This document shows, piece by piece, positions 34,540-48,012 of a stretch of 64,000 nt of DNA. This DNA is from Harriotta raleighana (taxonomy: Eukaryota). Every line of letters starts with the position of its first letter. Positions within the stretch are counted from its first letter, which is position 1. The translations under genes and the position numbers were made by a program. The notes under the pieces are model-generated. The model did not search any database. It saw nothing but the letters and a program-made list of their open reading frames with translations, and was not told where the DNA came from. The DNA is taken from the NCBI GenBank assembly GCA_050575255.1, contig JBNZDD010013707.1, forward strand, positions 3,854,596 to 3,918,595. The letters are read 5' to 3'.

Positions 34540-36480
34540 TGGCATTTAGGCGATTCTTTCTGTAGCCATGAAAATCTAATACAATCTCTGCCAATCCTGA
34601 CATTTTATGTTATTCGTTTCATAAGGCTCATTACAAACAGCAATTCTTCCAAAAAATAAAACTGCACAGATCTCTGGAGATGAGGCTGGGAGTGTTTTAG
34701 CATCATCTGAAAATGCAGTGAGATTCAAACACAGAGCTCGGAAAAATGAAAATTGGAGACACCACTGCGAATATTACCATAATTGTTTCCTCCCTACACT
34801 TCTATTTAGTTTGTTTAATCCATAAGGACTCTCGCTCTCTCCTTCATCATTTGAGCAAAAACAGATGACTTTAGACCACATAAATCACCAGCCCAAACAA
34901 CAAGAATGCAATATTACTGAAAATAACTGAAGAAGAACTGAAAATGGAAGGATGGCAAATGGATTTTCTAAAATGAGTTATTGTTTCTGATCCTGTAATT
35001 TAAAAAAAATGAAGTAGGTACCTTCGACAATTTAATTTAAGCGACCTTTAATCCAGAATTAGGGATATAAAAAGCTGCTTTGTAATAAAGGATTCTGCTT
35101 TTCTCTGCACAGTATTGATCCAGGCATTAAAGTGAAAACAGAGGAGAAGGCGGACAGACTGGATTAAGAATGTTGACAACCACGGTATAGGATTCCCTTC
35201 AGGAACTGCAGAAAGCACAAGCATATGGGTGGGTATAGGGGAGAGGGCAGAGTAAACCAATCCTCTTGTGAAATGATTTCAAGATCTTCACTTAGCATTC
35301 ATAAAAACCACAGAACAAGTGGCCAATAGCACGGCAAAAAAAACCCAACAAAACAAATCATAAAACAAAATGTAATCCAAGTATCAAATGTGGTGTGAGA
35401 TTCCTTTTTATTCCCTGGGCGAGTTAGGGTCTGTGGTATATTGTAAAACTTGAATTCCTTGAGTAGATTCAAATGGTTGTACTCTCCCAGCTCCCTGACC
35501 TTGCATATTTTGACATAAGTAATAACATGAAATGCTGGTCTTATCATCAGTTGATTTCATAAGCACAGCTGACTAGTCCTCCAGCCACACAATACTCTGC
35601 TCCCTTGGCTGCCTTGGAAAAAATAAGTGGCACAGCTGCAGTGCTGTATAAATTTGTTTCTGCTGCATCTATTACTAAGTCTGAAAACTGTAAAGCAATC
35701 ATTGCCTGCCGGCAGTGACATGCCTCCTGTCAATTCTACTAACAATTTGTTTTACCTCCTACCATATCAAAGCGCTGGTGTCCACAACAGCAGCTCTTGA
35801 AATGCATTGTGAGTTGTCACCGTGGACCTTTATATACCAACTGTGTCATCAGAAAATTACCAGCAGAGACTAATGGTGTCTTGTCTTCAAAGCAAGGTTT
35901 TTTTTTGTGTGTGTGTATGTTTTTTGTTTTCGATTGTTAGTGACTGGATCTCTGAGGAATTTACAGCCTGTGGTTTAAGTTATATTTACCTGAAAACCCC
36001 GTAATAAGCCTGGGGAAGTTGGTGCTCAGGTTTCATCCTGGAAGGGATTCAGAATTACAAATGAATTGCCAGGAAACGATTTCTAGAGCAATTTAAATTC
36101 TAGGTGGCCAACCCAATCTGCATCAGCTGTCCATTACAGCACAGCTAATCTGGTGCTTTTTCCCTATCTTTTATTTGGTGTCGTATTGATGCTTTCAATT
36201 TTGCCTTCAAAACCTTTGTAGGCTTCAATACACATCGATTTGCCCACAATAAATAAATTGCTTCCTCTCCCGGATTATTGGTCACATCGCAGGATTAAGA
36301 GATGTATTTACGTGCTAGAGAGATTTGAAACGCAGATTTGGGAAGAAAATTTTTGTCAATGTTGTGCGTTCTGAGCTGCCTACAAAGGGGTACACCTATT
36401 TCCACAGTGTTTGTGTCTCCAGTCAACATAGTCAACTCAAGGTAGGGCCACTGTAATTGTAGTCATACTAGCTCTCTTGT
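34540..36480. promoter_or_regulatory. TE-free island, candidate conserved non-coding elements
   Basis: ~2 kb without recognisable repeats; GCAATCATTGC, CCTGTCAAT, AACAAT, CAGCTG motifs. Confidence 0.4.
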
Positions 36481-36519
36481 CTCATTTTACACAGGCCCTT
36501 TGCTTGTCTCCAGCCCCCA

Positions 36520-37000
36520 CCACACCACCAAGCCCCGACCGAATCTCTCCAACTCCCAACCTTTATCCCTCCACTCAGCCCTTCCGTCTTTTTATTCCAC
36601 CTTAAAACCTACCTCTTCAAGCACGCCTATGGATAACTTCCCCCTTCTACCTTACTTGTTGTCACTATCGCTCTAAGATGCTAATCTAAATGAAGAGCGT
36701 TATATAAAGTTGTTATTATAGTCTGAGTATTAACAATCCCATTAATACTCCACAAGAGAAAGAAGTTTCTCTCGCTGTCCTGGCCAACAAACTCCCAGAT
36801 AAAATTGGTCACTCACTTCAAAACTTTTGCGGGACTTTGCTATGTGCAAATTGGCTGCCACTTTCACCTGTAAATGCATAGTCAATAAACTGTACAGAAA
36901 ATCCTGTAAAAAATTTGAAGCCCTTTGAGACATTTTGAATGACATGATAAGGTACTATATCAAATTCAAATACTGTATTTGCATTAAGTATTATTATTAT
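36520..37000 (+). mobile_element. L2 3' end (36520-36718) followed by DeuSINE 3' part (36725-37000)
   Basis: CTTAAAACCTACCTCTTC; GCTGTCCTGGCCAACA...GCTATGTGCAAATTGGCTGCC. Confidence 0.8.
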
Positions 37001-37447
37001 AGATTCTGTTGGTTAACCTGGACCTCAGGACTCTGTTGAGAGATTAACAGAGTTATGATGACATGGCTTCATCACATGGAAATATCAAAACACAAGTTAC
37101 ACAAGAGGAAATAGACAATGAGAAGGTGGAGAAACATGTGACAAATGCTTGGATAATTATCACAAAGATATGGTCCGATTTCTGAACACATTCCATTTGA
37201 TATATCTAGGATAGGTTGTCCTTGAAAAAAACACAGAAAACCAGTTAAGCTACATTAAATTTAACAGTGCTGCTATTCATTTCACCTTGAGCTCTGCTAT
37301 AATTATCTTGGTTGTTGTGTTTGGCATATTGCACTGCTATTGTTAAAGAGATACTGTCTAACTTGGCTGGGCAGCAGTAAAGCAGTTACAATCGGCCTTA
37401 ATTGTAATTCTGATTCCAATAATGATTATTCAGTTATCTATTAATTC

Positions 37448-37940
37448 ACAATAAATAACAACAACTTGCATTTATATAGTACCCTTCACTCAGGGAGTGT
37501 CTCAGAGCACTTAACAGTGGCTGAGCTGGGAAGAGGCGATGAATACAAGCACGGTTGAAGAGGAAGCTATTCAGGCTTGATCTGAAAAAGGAGAAAGAGT
37601 GGACAAGGTGGAGGGATTGAAGGAGAGTCCAAAGTTTAGGGTGGGGTAGTGACTGAAAGCATGTTTCCTGATGGGAGAATGGAGGGCACAAGGTACAAGC
37701 AGCTAGAGTTTAAATAATAACAACAATACTTTGGTATTCATTTGGGTGTAGTGCCTTTGATATCTGGAGGATGTCCCAAAGGGCTTCACGGGATATGTTG
37801 TAAATTGTAGTGACTGTGTGTTTTGTGGGTGAATGAGGCAAGTAAATCTACACACAGAAATAATATGTCGCTGTTCATGTCAGGAGGAAGTTTCAAAGTG
37901 CTTCATAGGCTTTGCTGTAAAATGTAATAACTTGGCACTT
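37448..37940 (-). mobile_element. L2 3' end plus SINE/L2 tail remnants
   Basis: CAACAACTTGCATTTATATAG tail; reverse frame LNSFLFNRA; further tails at 37712-37940. Confidence 0.75.
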
Positions 37941-37959
37941 TGTAGCCTATTGCTAGACA

Positions 37960-38150
37960 ATAGACTTAGATGTGATGCCCTTATGGCTGAGTAAGCTGCC
38001 AAAGCTCATTGTCCAAGCTCACACATAAACAATGGACATGTGGTAGAGGTACTGGAGGGCAGCCAAGGCCCATGGAACAAACCCAGCCTTAGCCAATGTT
38101 TTTTGTGGATGGGAACAAAAAGGAAACATTTTTTGGTGGAAAAAAAACCC
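37960..38150 (+). mobile_element. AmnSINE2-like 3' fragment
   Basis: TGTGATGCCC...CTCATTGTCCAAGCTCACACAT...GAGGTACTGGAGGGCAGCC...CCCATGGAAC; similar to 47110-47300. Confidence 0.6.
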
Positions 38151-39213
38151 TCATTGATTTATTGTTGCATCACTTGCTTGGGATACCACTGTATTGAGAA
38201 TGACACACAATTCCTCTAGGTCCTGAAACAAAGAAAGACTTGCCATTCTGGTCATAAAACTAGTTTTCATTGCTGGGAGTGTTATTACAGTGTGCTGAAG
38301 GGCTGGATATTGCTCTCTGGAGACATAATGTGGGCCATTTTGACTCACATTGCCAATATCTATGTCTTTCTCTATCAGTGTTATAAGATACACTACATTT
38401 GCACGTGGTAGAAAAAATACAGCATTTTAATACATTTGAGTCTCTTGTTGACCGTGTTAAAATGAATATTTCTGGGCTAGAATCCCTGCTTTCCACAGTG
38501 TAACACTGCTACTAATGTCAGCCTGACCTCAGCTCCAGTAACCCTGGTGACACACACCACTTCCAGTGGATGGTTACGCTTTGGCCACTCAGCACTCACC
38601 AGCTGTACAATGATGGATCTTAGTTCAAATCCTTGCCTCTGGTGCTTTTCGTTCTGAGCTCCAAAGACCTCAATAAGGTCTGCTACATGCTACGGTTTGA
38701 TCTATGTAATGCTCCACTTTTCATTTGCTCATTTGCTCTGTTTACTTCACAGAGCCCCCAAGCAATCGAAAACATTAGTTTTTTTTCTGAAATGTTCCAT
38801 CATTGGACTGAGTATTGTGTTATGCCGATCTATACATTTCAGGAACTTGTTATTTATACCCACATAGTATGTATGTATAACACAATACTCAATCGAATGA
38901 CGTCACAGTGTGAAGATTGCGACTTGAGATGTGCTAATTAACACTATTAATTAATAAATTGTTGGAAATTCCACCTGGTGAGACAAAGACTTATAACACT
39001 GTTAAAGAAAGACCTCTATGAGGGTCCCCCCACCACCACATATCATCCAAGTGTTTGGCTGGAGCCTGGTCTGCAGAATTACACAGCCAGTCAGTGTGGT
39101 AACTACTCTGATTTCTTATTCAGTAGTTGAGATAAACTGATAGATAGCTCACTCACTAACCATTGTCATGATCTGGTGGCCTGACTTTGGGCTCAACCAT
39201 TTTGATGGTTGTG

Positions 39214-39411
39214 GGGAAGGGGAGGGGTTTACGTCTACAGTTCAGTCACTGTCTTTAGTTATCGAAAAGGTAGAATTTTCAACGAAGTGTTAATTAACAG
39301 AACAAAAGGNGGGAAGGGGAGGGGTTTACGTCTACAGTTCAGTCACTGTCTTTAGTTATCTGTCTTTAGTTATAGAATTTTCAACGAAGTGTTAATTAAC
39401 AGAACAAAAGG
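39214..39411. other. duplicated sequence around a single N (assembly join)
   Basis: 39214-39263 = 39311-39360 and 39271-39309 = 39373-39411; N at 39310. Confidence 0.85.
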
Positions 39412-39569
39412 TCATAACTTGCAAAAACCAACATTATAACATGTGGAATGGTCAATGGTCAGGCTCTCAGCTAGACCACGCCTGCGCTGAAATATTACTA
39501 ATTACCGCTCATATTATACAGCTATATTATTTACCTTGAGATCAGATTTTTCCTTTCCTCAATGATACT

Positions 39570-39760
39570 ACAACAACAACAAAATGATATTTATAGAGCT
39601 CCTTTTACGTCGGGAGGACGTCCAAAGACGCTGAACAGTCAGGGGTTGGGACCCGAGCATGGGAGAGGGGCATGGTTGGGAGTAGGGGCAGGGTAAAGGG
39701 GAGGGGAAGGAGAGAGGAGAGGTGGGAGGGGGGCAGAAGGCACAATCAAAAAGGAGTCAT
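39570..39760 (-). mobile_element. L2 3' end (type A)
   Basis: (AAC)n...CCTTTTACGTCGGGAGGACGTCCAAAGACGCTGAAC. Confidence 0.85.
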
Positions 39761-39779
39761 CTGCTGAATAAACCCAAGA

Positions 39780-41330
39780 AAACATTCTGTGATTGAACTT
39801 GATTGCATTAATTTAAAGTAACCCTGGAATGATATTTTTGTTGTTGTTTTTATCCGAAAGTGAGTCTCTCACTATATTTGCAGATGATTACAGCTTTCAT
39901 TTTTCCCCCCTGAAATCCTGCTTTTAAATGGAGTTTAATGTTAATTACAACCACCCCCAGAAAGTGGAGCTCAGCTCATTAATATGCTAATGTAGTTAAT
40001 TTTTTTGGATGCCATGAGGTGACAAGTAGGAAGAAAGCCCCTTCTCCAATAGGATGTGACTATACGGAGACAGTTTAGTGATTGTTCTCCTGAGGAACAG
40101 CTGCAGTCAGGACGCGCCTCACAAAATGGAAGGTTATGACTGTCAGTAGCTGACATCCCTTAACGCAGTGAAAAGCAATATCAGCCAGGGTTGGCAGCGA
40201 TGAAAAATTAAGGCTTTCAGGATGTTGCGCATGCACTTTTGTCTCCTCAATTGCTGCCGAGTTAATGTAAAACACAATCAAGTGGAAAGGAGGGAAGTAA
40301 GCAGCAGAGCCCTGTGATTTATTCTTAATTAGATGCTGGCACTGCGTTTTGTCAAACAAGGGTGTACTGTACGCTGAGGCGCACACTGACTGGCCTGGTT
40401 ACAGTGACAAAGAATGCAAAGTGCTTTCAGGTTGACATTGAAAAGGATTTAGATAAAGTCCTAGGGCAAAAAAAGCAAAAGAGATATTATTGAAGACGAG
40501 TGAGACATTGGCAGCATGATCAATTTGCATCACAATATGAGTTTATTATCTGCTTATCCAGTCTTGGATATTCGATGGACTGAGCATGTCTGAGCGGTCA
40601 ACTCCCACTCCTCGAATGCACGGATTAAAGGTCAAACCTTTCCAACTGGTCAGGACAGAGAAAGAAAAGATTAAGATTCCACCAAATTTAGCTGTTTGAA
40701 CCCAGGGTGGAATGGAGATGGGTGGGGTGGGGGGGGGAATGGAGGTGGAAAGAATGAGACTGTGGTCAGTGAAGTGAAAGTAATATTCTCTCTCGCTCAG
40801 ATTCAGAGCTGCTTTTTCAGCCAGCACTGATAGAACCTCCAGGAATATGGATTTGGCAAGCAGCCAACTAATCTATGCACTCCAGTGAAGCTCTGATTCC
40901 ATCTGTTTCTGCAGTGAATACTCGCCTTCAAATGCACATAGCCAGCAGTATTAACATTGCCTCGATCTGTAAAGATATTTTAGAGAGGCTGGAAAGTGGT
41001 GCTACTGATGGCTGTAAAACTGCAAAGACTAAGCCACAACACTAATTATCTAGAATATGTGCTTGATATAAACCTGCACTTTCCATTATCACTCTGAGGC
41101 CAATTACCTTTCTGGGAGGTCAGGCTTAATATTTGTTTGACAATGGAAGCGGAGATGCTCATTAAAAAAAACACTTAGGCATAAATTGTTGAAAGAAATG
41201 TAATTATTGTACAGTAGGTTGATAAACGGCTACAAAAAAACTCTATCGTGATGAGATGGCTTCATTACTTGCACCAGCAGTCTTTTCCTCTGTTCTGTAA
41301 ACTGGATTTTTTTTTACTATCTTTGATATT
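39780..41330. promoter_or_regulatory. TE-free island, strong conserved non-coding element candidate (core ~39940-40430)
   Basis: CATTAATATGCTAAT (POU-like), TGATTTAT (Pbx-Hox-like), TTAATTAG, CTGTCA, retained CpGs. Confidence 0.55.
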
Positions 41331-41344
41331 AGAGAGCAAAAAAA

Positions 41345-41600
41345 CCAACAACTTGCATTTATTTAGAGACCTCCACGCAGAGTAGAGTCTCAGAGTGCCT
41401 GACTCTGAGCTGGCGGGGATGAGGAAAGGAAGGTTTTAAGGCAAGACTTGAAAAATGGGAGAGATGGAGCAAGGTGGTGGAATTGAGGGAGAGTGTTCCA
41501 GAGTTTTGGGGGTGTTGTAGCTGAAAGAACAATCTCCAATGGTGGAGAGGAGGGTGGAGGATAAGCAGTGCGAGGTACAAAGCAAGAGAGAGAGAGAGAG
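41345..41600 (-). mobile_element. L2 3' end (type C)
   Basis: CAACAACTTGCATTTATTTAGAGACCTCCACGCAGAG...GTCTCAGAGTGC; GAGGGAGAGTGTTCCAGAG. Confidence 0.8.
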
Positions 41601-42579
41601 ACAGAGCAGAGACCAGTGAGTGTTGGGGTTTTGTGGTTTGCCTGTTATGAGTTCTAAAGCTAAGAGTGCAGTCTTCACATCAGTACCTACTGACATTCAA
41701 ACTGTGCATGGGTGTGGGGGCTCAGATGGGGGGAGGGGAGAAAGTACCAGGGGGAGGGGAGAGATCAGGTTTACAAGATTACAAGGGTAGATTCTGAGTG
41801 TATTGTCTTAAAAGGGTAGATTCTGAGTGCATTTCTGTGCTTTTTTACACTCTATTTACGATTAGTGCTGAAAATACAGTAGGAATTTATTTTACTATGT
41901 CTATATTTTTAGCAATTGGTGTAAGTTAACACCCCCCACTCCCCCACAGTTCTCGTTTTATTATCCAATAGCATTCTAGTGCTATCACTGTTAATATACT
42001 GTATCTATACTGTATATTATGTGCTTTAGAAAGATGAATTACAATAGTTCAAGTGGTAAATCTAACGTATATTCCTTCAATGTACAAGTCACTCTACTTG
42101 TCGTTGTTGTTGTTGTTTACAGTATATCCTGTGAAGCACTTTGAGATATCTTCCTGCCGTGAATGCTGTGGCTTGTTATTTGTTACTTAGCTACCCTAAG
42201 GACACTGTCCTTCAGCAAAAATTGCAACATATCCTGTGAGTTATTGGTGTGCATAGGTTCGCATCCAGCCACTGCATGACTGTATTGCTTTCCTGCAAAT
42301 GGTGCTTATACTGTATTTGGATCTGAGACATAATATTCATAACACAAGAGGTGATACCTGCCAATATTCGCAAGCAAGAGAAGTTCTGAGCCTATTAGGC
42401 TCACTCCCTTATGGTCTAGAGATCTTCATCAAGCAACATGGTCAGTTTTTATTAAATCATTTATTATTCAAAACAGACAAAACACAGCAACTTTATAGAG
42501 AGCCTTTAAGCATTTCATAATCCTGAGAAATAAAGACATTTTGAAAGGAGAGCAGATTGGATAAAGAAAAAGGATAGGA

Positions 42580-42790
42580 TGAAATTCAAGACTCTGGGCA
42601 CAGATTCAACCTGCAAAGAAGGAAAGATGAACAGACAGTTCAGATTGAAGAATTTTACAGGGAGTGGTGAGTTTGTGGAATAGGCTTCCCGAGGAAATGG
42701 ATTGTGTCAGCAATTTCAAGAGAAAATCTGAAGCTATTTGGCTAAGAAATCGATTGAGGAGTGTGAGAAACAGAATAGTGTAAGTTTTTT
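42580..42790 (+). mobile_element. old CR1 3' fragment
   Basis: GGGCACAGATTCAACCTG...GAGTGGTGAGTTTGTGGAATAGGCTTCCC (VVSLWNRLP). Confidence 0.65.
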
Positions 42791-43504
42791 TATAAAACGA
42801 TCAGGACTGACTACTGTTTTTTTTCGGTCCCTGAACATCCCTACTTTATGGTTTAGAGGCAGAGGAAAAGGACAGAAAAAAGAAGCGAGTGAAAAACTAG
42901 GACTGGCAACCATCTCAGGACAGCGAAACATCCTTATAGGACTGAACAATCTGGTCAAAAGACTTTCTTGTCACGTCAATCCCTTTGTCAGTGGAATTAT
43001 CTCAAAATGGGTAGATACAATGGAGCCCTTTTATAACAGTCTCCGGTTGGATTCTGTGGTAAGGATGATGGATAAGGATTGCCTGAGAAGCATTATAAAA
43101 TTGCTGACAGTGTGAGTCAGTCTGTGAACCTTGGGTTTGAATCAGATTTACTGCTCTGAAGTCAATAGAATCACAGACCGCAACTGAAATTTCAACAATC
43201 CTGTTAAAAAAAATGCCGATGATCCAATTAGACAATACTAAGCCCAAAGGTGTTATATTTTCACAGCAGTAAAGTGCATTGCTGTAAAGTCCACTCAGAT
43301 TTGCTTTGTATCACATCAATCCCTCGTGTGTTAAAAGCCACAATACACTTTGGAGTTTTTTTTAATTGTCTGACTACATGGTAGGTATGCACATAGGAGG
43401 TTACTGATTGGAGAGCCTCATTGTAAAGCCATGAAATGTACAGTTTCTCTGAGCATTTCAACAATTCATCCTCACAATGTTGTGAATTCGAAAGAATCAT
43501 TAAT

Positions 43505-43628
43505 CATTTGGCCCACAAATGTACAGTCAATTCACTTTACAGTATATTCTGTGAAGCGCTTTCAGACGTCTAGAATACGTGAAAAGCGCTATATCAAATG
43601 CAAGGATTATTATTATTTATTATTATTA
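43505..43628 (+). mobile_element. SINE 3' fragment
   Basis: GCCCACAAATGTACAGTC...type-B tail. Confidence 0.92.
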
Positions 43629-43859
43629 AGTAGCTTTATCTCCAGCAGGCACATCAACATTTTGAGCAACGCATAGATAAACATATGTACAGTTGCTCTT
43701 AAGTGGAGATAGGCAGGATCGCTGAAGGAATAGACACACAACATTTGTAATGCACTCAAGGTAACAGGCGCTGTGACATTTCATAATATGTCGGCCAGGC
43801 CCATTTCATTTTTTTTCATGTGCTGAAGAGCGAGGCACCCGTGTGAGAGACACATGAAT

Positions 43860-44205
43860 AGTAATAACAATAATAATCTCTCCATTCGTTGCAGCACCTA
43901 AAATGTCAAAATGTCTCACATGACTTCACAGGTAATTGCTGCAAGAATAAATGTCTGTAAACATAGGCAAACGTAGCAGCCAATATGCACAATGCAATTG
44001 CCTTCAAGTAGCCCTGAAGTGAGTTATCTGGGGGAATTGTTGGCCAGGACATCGGGAGAAACTGTTCGCTTTTTGAATGATTTCAAATCAATCTTTAATG
44101 TCTAGCTGACCAGGCAGATCTTGTTTTAATGCCTCATCTCTAACAATTTAGTGTTTCTCCAGTATAAGCCGGTGTATAGACCTATACCTTGATTTTAACA
44201 TCCTG
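43860..44205 (-). mobile_element. DeuSINE
   Basis: ATTGTTGGCCAGGACATCGGGAGAAAC...TCTTTAATGTC...TTTTAATGCCTCATC. Confidence 0.75.
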
Positions 44206-44206
44206 G

Positions 44207-44511
44207 TAATAATAATAATAATAATAATAATGATCCTCGTATTTGACATAGAGCTATTCATGTTTTCTAGATGTCTCAAAGCGCTTCACAGTATATACTG
44301 TAAAAGGAGTTGACTGTATATTTGTGGGTGAAACGTGGCAACCAATTGCACACAGTAGGTCCCACAAACATTCATGGATTGAAGTGACCAATTTATTATT
44401 GGGTTTTTTTCTTGAGGGATTATCCAGCGTGTGGAGTAAGGAAATTTACCCAATTGCCCCCTCCAAGAATTGAATCCCGGTCTCTCACTTGCAATGTGAG
44501 CTGCAGGATTC
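44207..44511 (-). mobile_element. near full-length SINE (short form)
   Basis: (AAT)n tail, body and tRNA-like head on the reverse strand. Confidence 0.92.
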
Positions 44512-45879
44512 AATGCGGGGCTTTGAGCATTGAATGCCAATCATTGGGATGGAAAAATGTTTTGCCAAAGAAAATGTCTCACAATTAAACTCTGTTTTCT
44601 GTAGAAAAATTGTATGTCACATAGACTTGGCTTCAGACCTCCCTGAAGCTGAGGTTTTGTGATTTGGCACAGTATACAGGGGTTTTCCAGCTCAAATTGT
44701 AGTATATGAAGCATCATTTCCAGCAGCAAGGTGCCAGTAATGCTATCATTTGCCCAAGGAGCTCCTTTACAAACCTCCCCATTGTATAATTCACTGTAAG
44801 AGACCAACCAAAATTCAAAAGTGCTATTCAGAAGCAAAAACAGAGCATCAAACAGAACAGATTATCTATCTATTCTGTACTAGCGGAATAGTTAGATGTA
44901 CAGCAAAGCCACATCTGGCATACTCTATAGCTTTCAGTACATTTGTTAATGTTTCTACATCTCACATATCCATGGTAACACACTCCTCCTGGGATATTAC
45001 TATAATGAATAGGCTATCATAGTAATCCACAGAATTATGACTATTTTAATCCTGCCTCTGTAAAATGATTACAAGATATGCTCTCCGCGTATTGTTAGAA
45101 TTTAAAAAATGTTATCCGTAATGATATGGTGCACTAATATTGTCTTTAGTTCTGCGGAGATTTTGGTTTGAGCATTTATTTTTCTCCAGTCATTCTACAG
45201 TTATGAAGCTCAATATTTGAGCTACTGCCTTCCTGTAAAAGTTTTTAATGCAAAAGTCTGCAGTTTAATGGGTGGGAAACTAGGAAGGACTGAGTGCTTA
45301 CTAGAAAATAAGGGAGAGGTGCAATAGTACTTAACACTGGAACATTACATGATTTGTATCCATTTTACAGTATTTCGCAAAGAGATTTCTGAATTAAGAA
45401 ATTCGAAAGGGAGCACCTCTGGGAATCATGTCATGGACATCACATTGACTCGAGGGAATCCCGCTCCAAAAATAGATTGAATTGGGAGAGATATTGTTCA
45501 ATCGGTGTCACTCAGGTCTGGATTTCTTCATTAAAAAATCCTGTAGAGTTACACATTAAATGGAGAATGTTTTCTTTGGTAAAGAAAAGGTCCTTTGTGA
45601 AATATACCATTTAAAACTCAATAGGATCCTTACCCAATTTGAGAATCGAAGGATCAGACTCGTGTTTGTATGAAGATAGGGAAAGTGCACACTGAAAACA
45701 GGTGGACAAATGGAGAGACAGCAAGCCAAAGAAACATAGCCCATAAATGAAACTGTCAGGAGAGGTCAGATAGGACAATACTTCCAGTGCAACCACCCCC
45801 CACTTGTTCTGAAGAGAGTATTTTTGCTCCATTTCCAGATCTCAAAGGGGATTTCCCACCAAAGTGAAGGAAAGGAAAC

Positions 45880-46680
45880 GTTGGGGGACTAAACGTAGTA
45901 GGTTTAGTGAAATCTATTTCTGCCCAACAGTTGCGGCTTGTTTGAACAGTTTACATGATCATCCTTCTAGCAAGCAGCTGGCCCTGACAGTTAGCATGTT
46001 CGTTCTGTTGGATAACAAATGTCGTCTGATTGCAGCTCAAGCTATTCCACATGTAAGAAGGCATTGTTCCTTTTCTTATTAAATGGGCAGCTGTAGATTG
46101 CAAAGAAGGTAATTGCCTTGGCCACGGAACATCTTCACCTGTTATTTCAAGTATGCTAAATCATAGCAGAAATTATTAACAGGCACCGTTTCATGGTAGT
46201 TTAATTTGAGGCAATGCACCGTTAGTGTAACACAGATGAATAGGTGTGTTGGACTTGACTTTAAATAGGGCTGACATCCAATGAATATTTTCTGGCAATT
46301 GCACTGCAGGGAACCTGTCAATGATTGCATTTACAGCCATACAATTGCCAAGCACAGGAGGGGGGAAAAAAGTCTGCTAACACTACTTGTGCTTATAATC
46401 TTAACAATGATTGGAGCATTTGACAGCTAAATCATTTTTCAATTAGGCCTGTAAATGATATGAGCATGTGCTGATGAGTTTTCGGTGGAAATATTTCAGC
46501 ATCAGGATGATCAGGGAATTCACTTACTGTTCAGATTGAAAGTGGCATTAAATTTTAATACGGAACATTCATTTCCCTGCAATCTTTTTCTGATAGAGGT
46601 TTAAAATTCATTATGAATTACACTGTATGCCAGGGCTGGCTAACTCATGAACAGACAACCTTTCATCTACCTTCCATTCA
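45880..46680. promoter_or_regulatory. candidate conserved non-coding element
   Basis: TE-free; CTGACAG, CCTGTCAATGATTG, TACAATTG, AACAATG, TAAATCA, CAATTAG motifs. Confidence 0.5.
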
Positions 46681-46734
46681 TTAATTCTTTCACTTTCTCA
46701 TTCTTTCCTGCTTAACACTCACACTTGTGCACTT

Positions 46735-46796
46735 CTTTCCTCCCATCCTCCCCTTCTTCCTCCCTCCCTTCCTTCCTTCCTCCCTTCCTTCCTTCC
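46735..46796 (+). repeat. polypyrimidine/(CCTT)n tract
   Basis: directly visible. Confidence 0.85.
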
Positions 46797-47109
46797 AGTC
46801 ATTCACTCTTACAGCACTGTGGCGGTTCTTTGTACCTTCGGCAACTCTTTGAAACAGCTATTCAATTAATCACATATCTAACATTTCTATAACCCTATTT
46901 GTGTCAACAGAACATGTAGAGATAGTAGTCAAAATGAACAATGTATCATTACATTGTAGCCTCTGTTTGCTTTGGAACAGATCCCTTGTTTTGCTGTTGA
47001 AAGCACTTGTGTCAACTTGGACTCTGTGGATCACAACAACATGTTCTACTGTAAAGCAACATTATGATTCAGTTCATATAGATCCTGGTGGCTATTCCTG
47101 GCCACAAAT

Positions 47110-47300
47110 ACTCTTGCACTATGGCATTGACATAGAGCAGTTTGCAAACCCTCACTGTCAAGTCTCACATATGAATAGTGGCCACTTGAATCAGAGTTGG
47201 TGATACCCTGTGCCTAAAAGCCATACCCCAGGTGAAGGAAAATTCAGTTTTAAATGCTTTTGGGTAGAGAGGTAATGGAGGAAGATTTGAAAAGGAATAT
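47110..47300 (+). mobile_element. AmnSINE2-like 3' fragment
   Basis: CTCACTGTCAAGTCTCACATATGAATAGTGGCCACTTG...CCATACCCCAG. Confidence 0.55.
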
Positions 47301-48012
47301 TGGCAGGAAATAAAAATCAAATGGACTCTCTATGGAGGAGAGAAGAGCAATGAGGGGATGAGGGAATTCGATGTAGGAACTATTGGTCTTATGGTATATT
47401 TACTCAGTCCAAGTAAAATGGCAGCAAGAAGGTAAACTATGTACGTGAGTCATGAAAGGTCATTTGAAGTAAGGAATAATGCCCTACACATGGGGCCATG
47501 CAATGCCTAGTGAAAACCTTTTGAAAAGAGTGACCTGACTGTTCCATTCTTCCACCCTGAGCAGCACTAGCTCAGAGTCGGCAGGTTATAATTCTGAGTT
47601 ATAAACCGTTGAGTGGAAGGTGATGAGTGGGGAATTACATATGAAACATGGACAGTGCACTCGGCAGTGTTAACAGTTTAAAGAGCTGAAATTTGTAGTG
47701 TAGAATATCCGGCTATTTAAACACTTTAAACACTCTGCTGTCTAAACACACAAGACACCACAACCCTCTCCCTGCTAATTTGTGCATCCTTATTAACATT
47801 AATACTAAGTACAGAATAGACCAATGGTTTGGAAGATGCTTGAATACAGTAATTACAAATAACAGAATTGTTTTTCTTGCTTATAACAATTATGGTCAGA
47901 TGCATTACCTTTTGATTTTAAGCATTAATTTAATAATAATGCACCACAGTCACCAATATTATTTTCACAGTCAAATTGACTTCATAGAAATATAATCTTG
48001 TCAGAAGCGATC

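Noticed and set aside
35113-35184. strong splice acceptor followed by IDPGIKVKTEEKADRLD*
   Set aside because: Stops in all three frames before a weak donor, no partner exon, no recognisable homology
41783-41829. 18-bp direct repeat with an 11-bp spacer (CRISPR-like)
   Set aside because: Only two units in eukaryotic DNA; a simple slippage duplication
46465-46515. CTGATGA...GAAA...TC as a hammerhead, or ATGA...AAA...TGAT as a SECIS
   Set aside because: Helices I and II of a hammerhead do not pair; the SECIS helix is weak, lacks the internal loop and has no selenoprotein context
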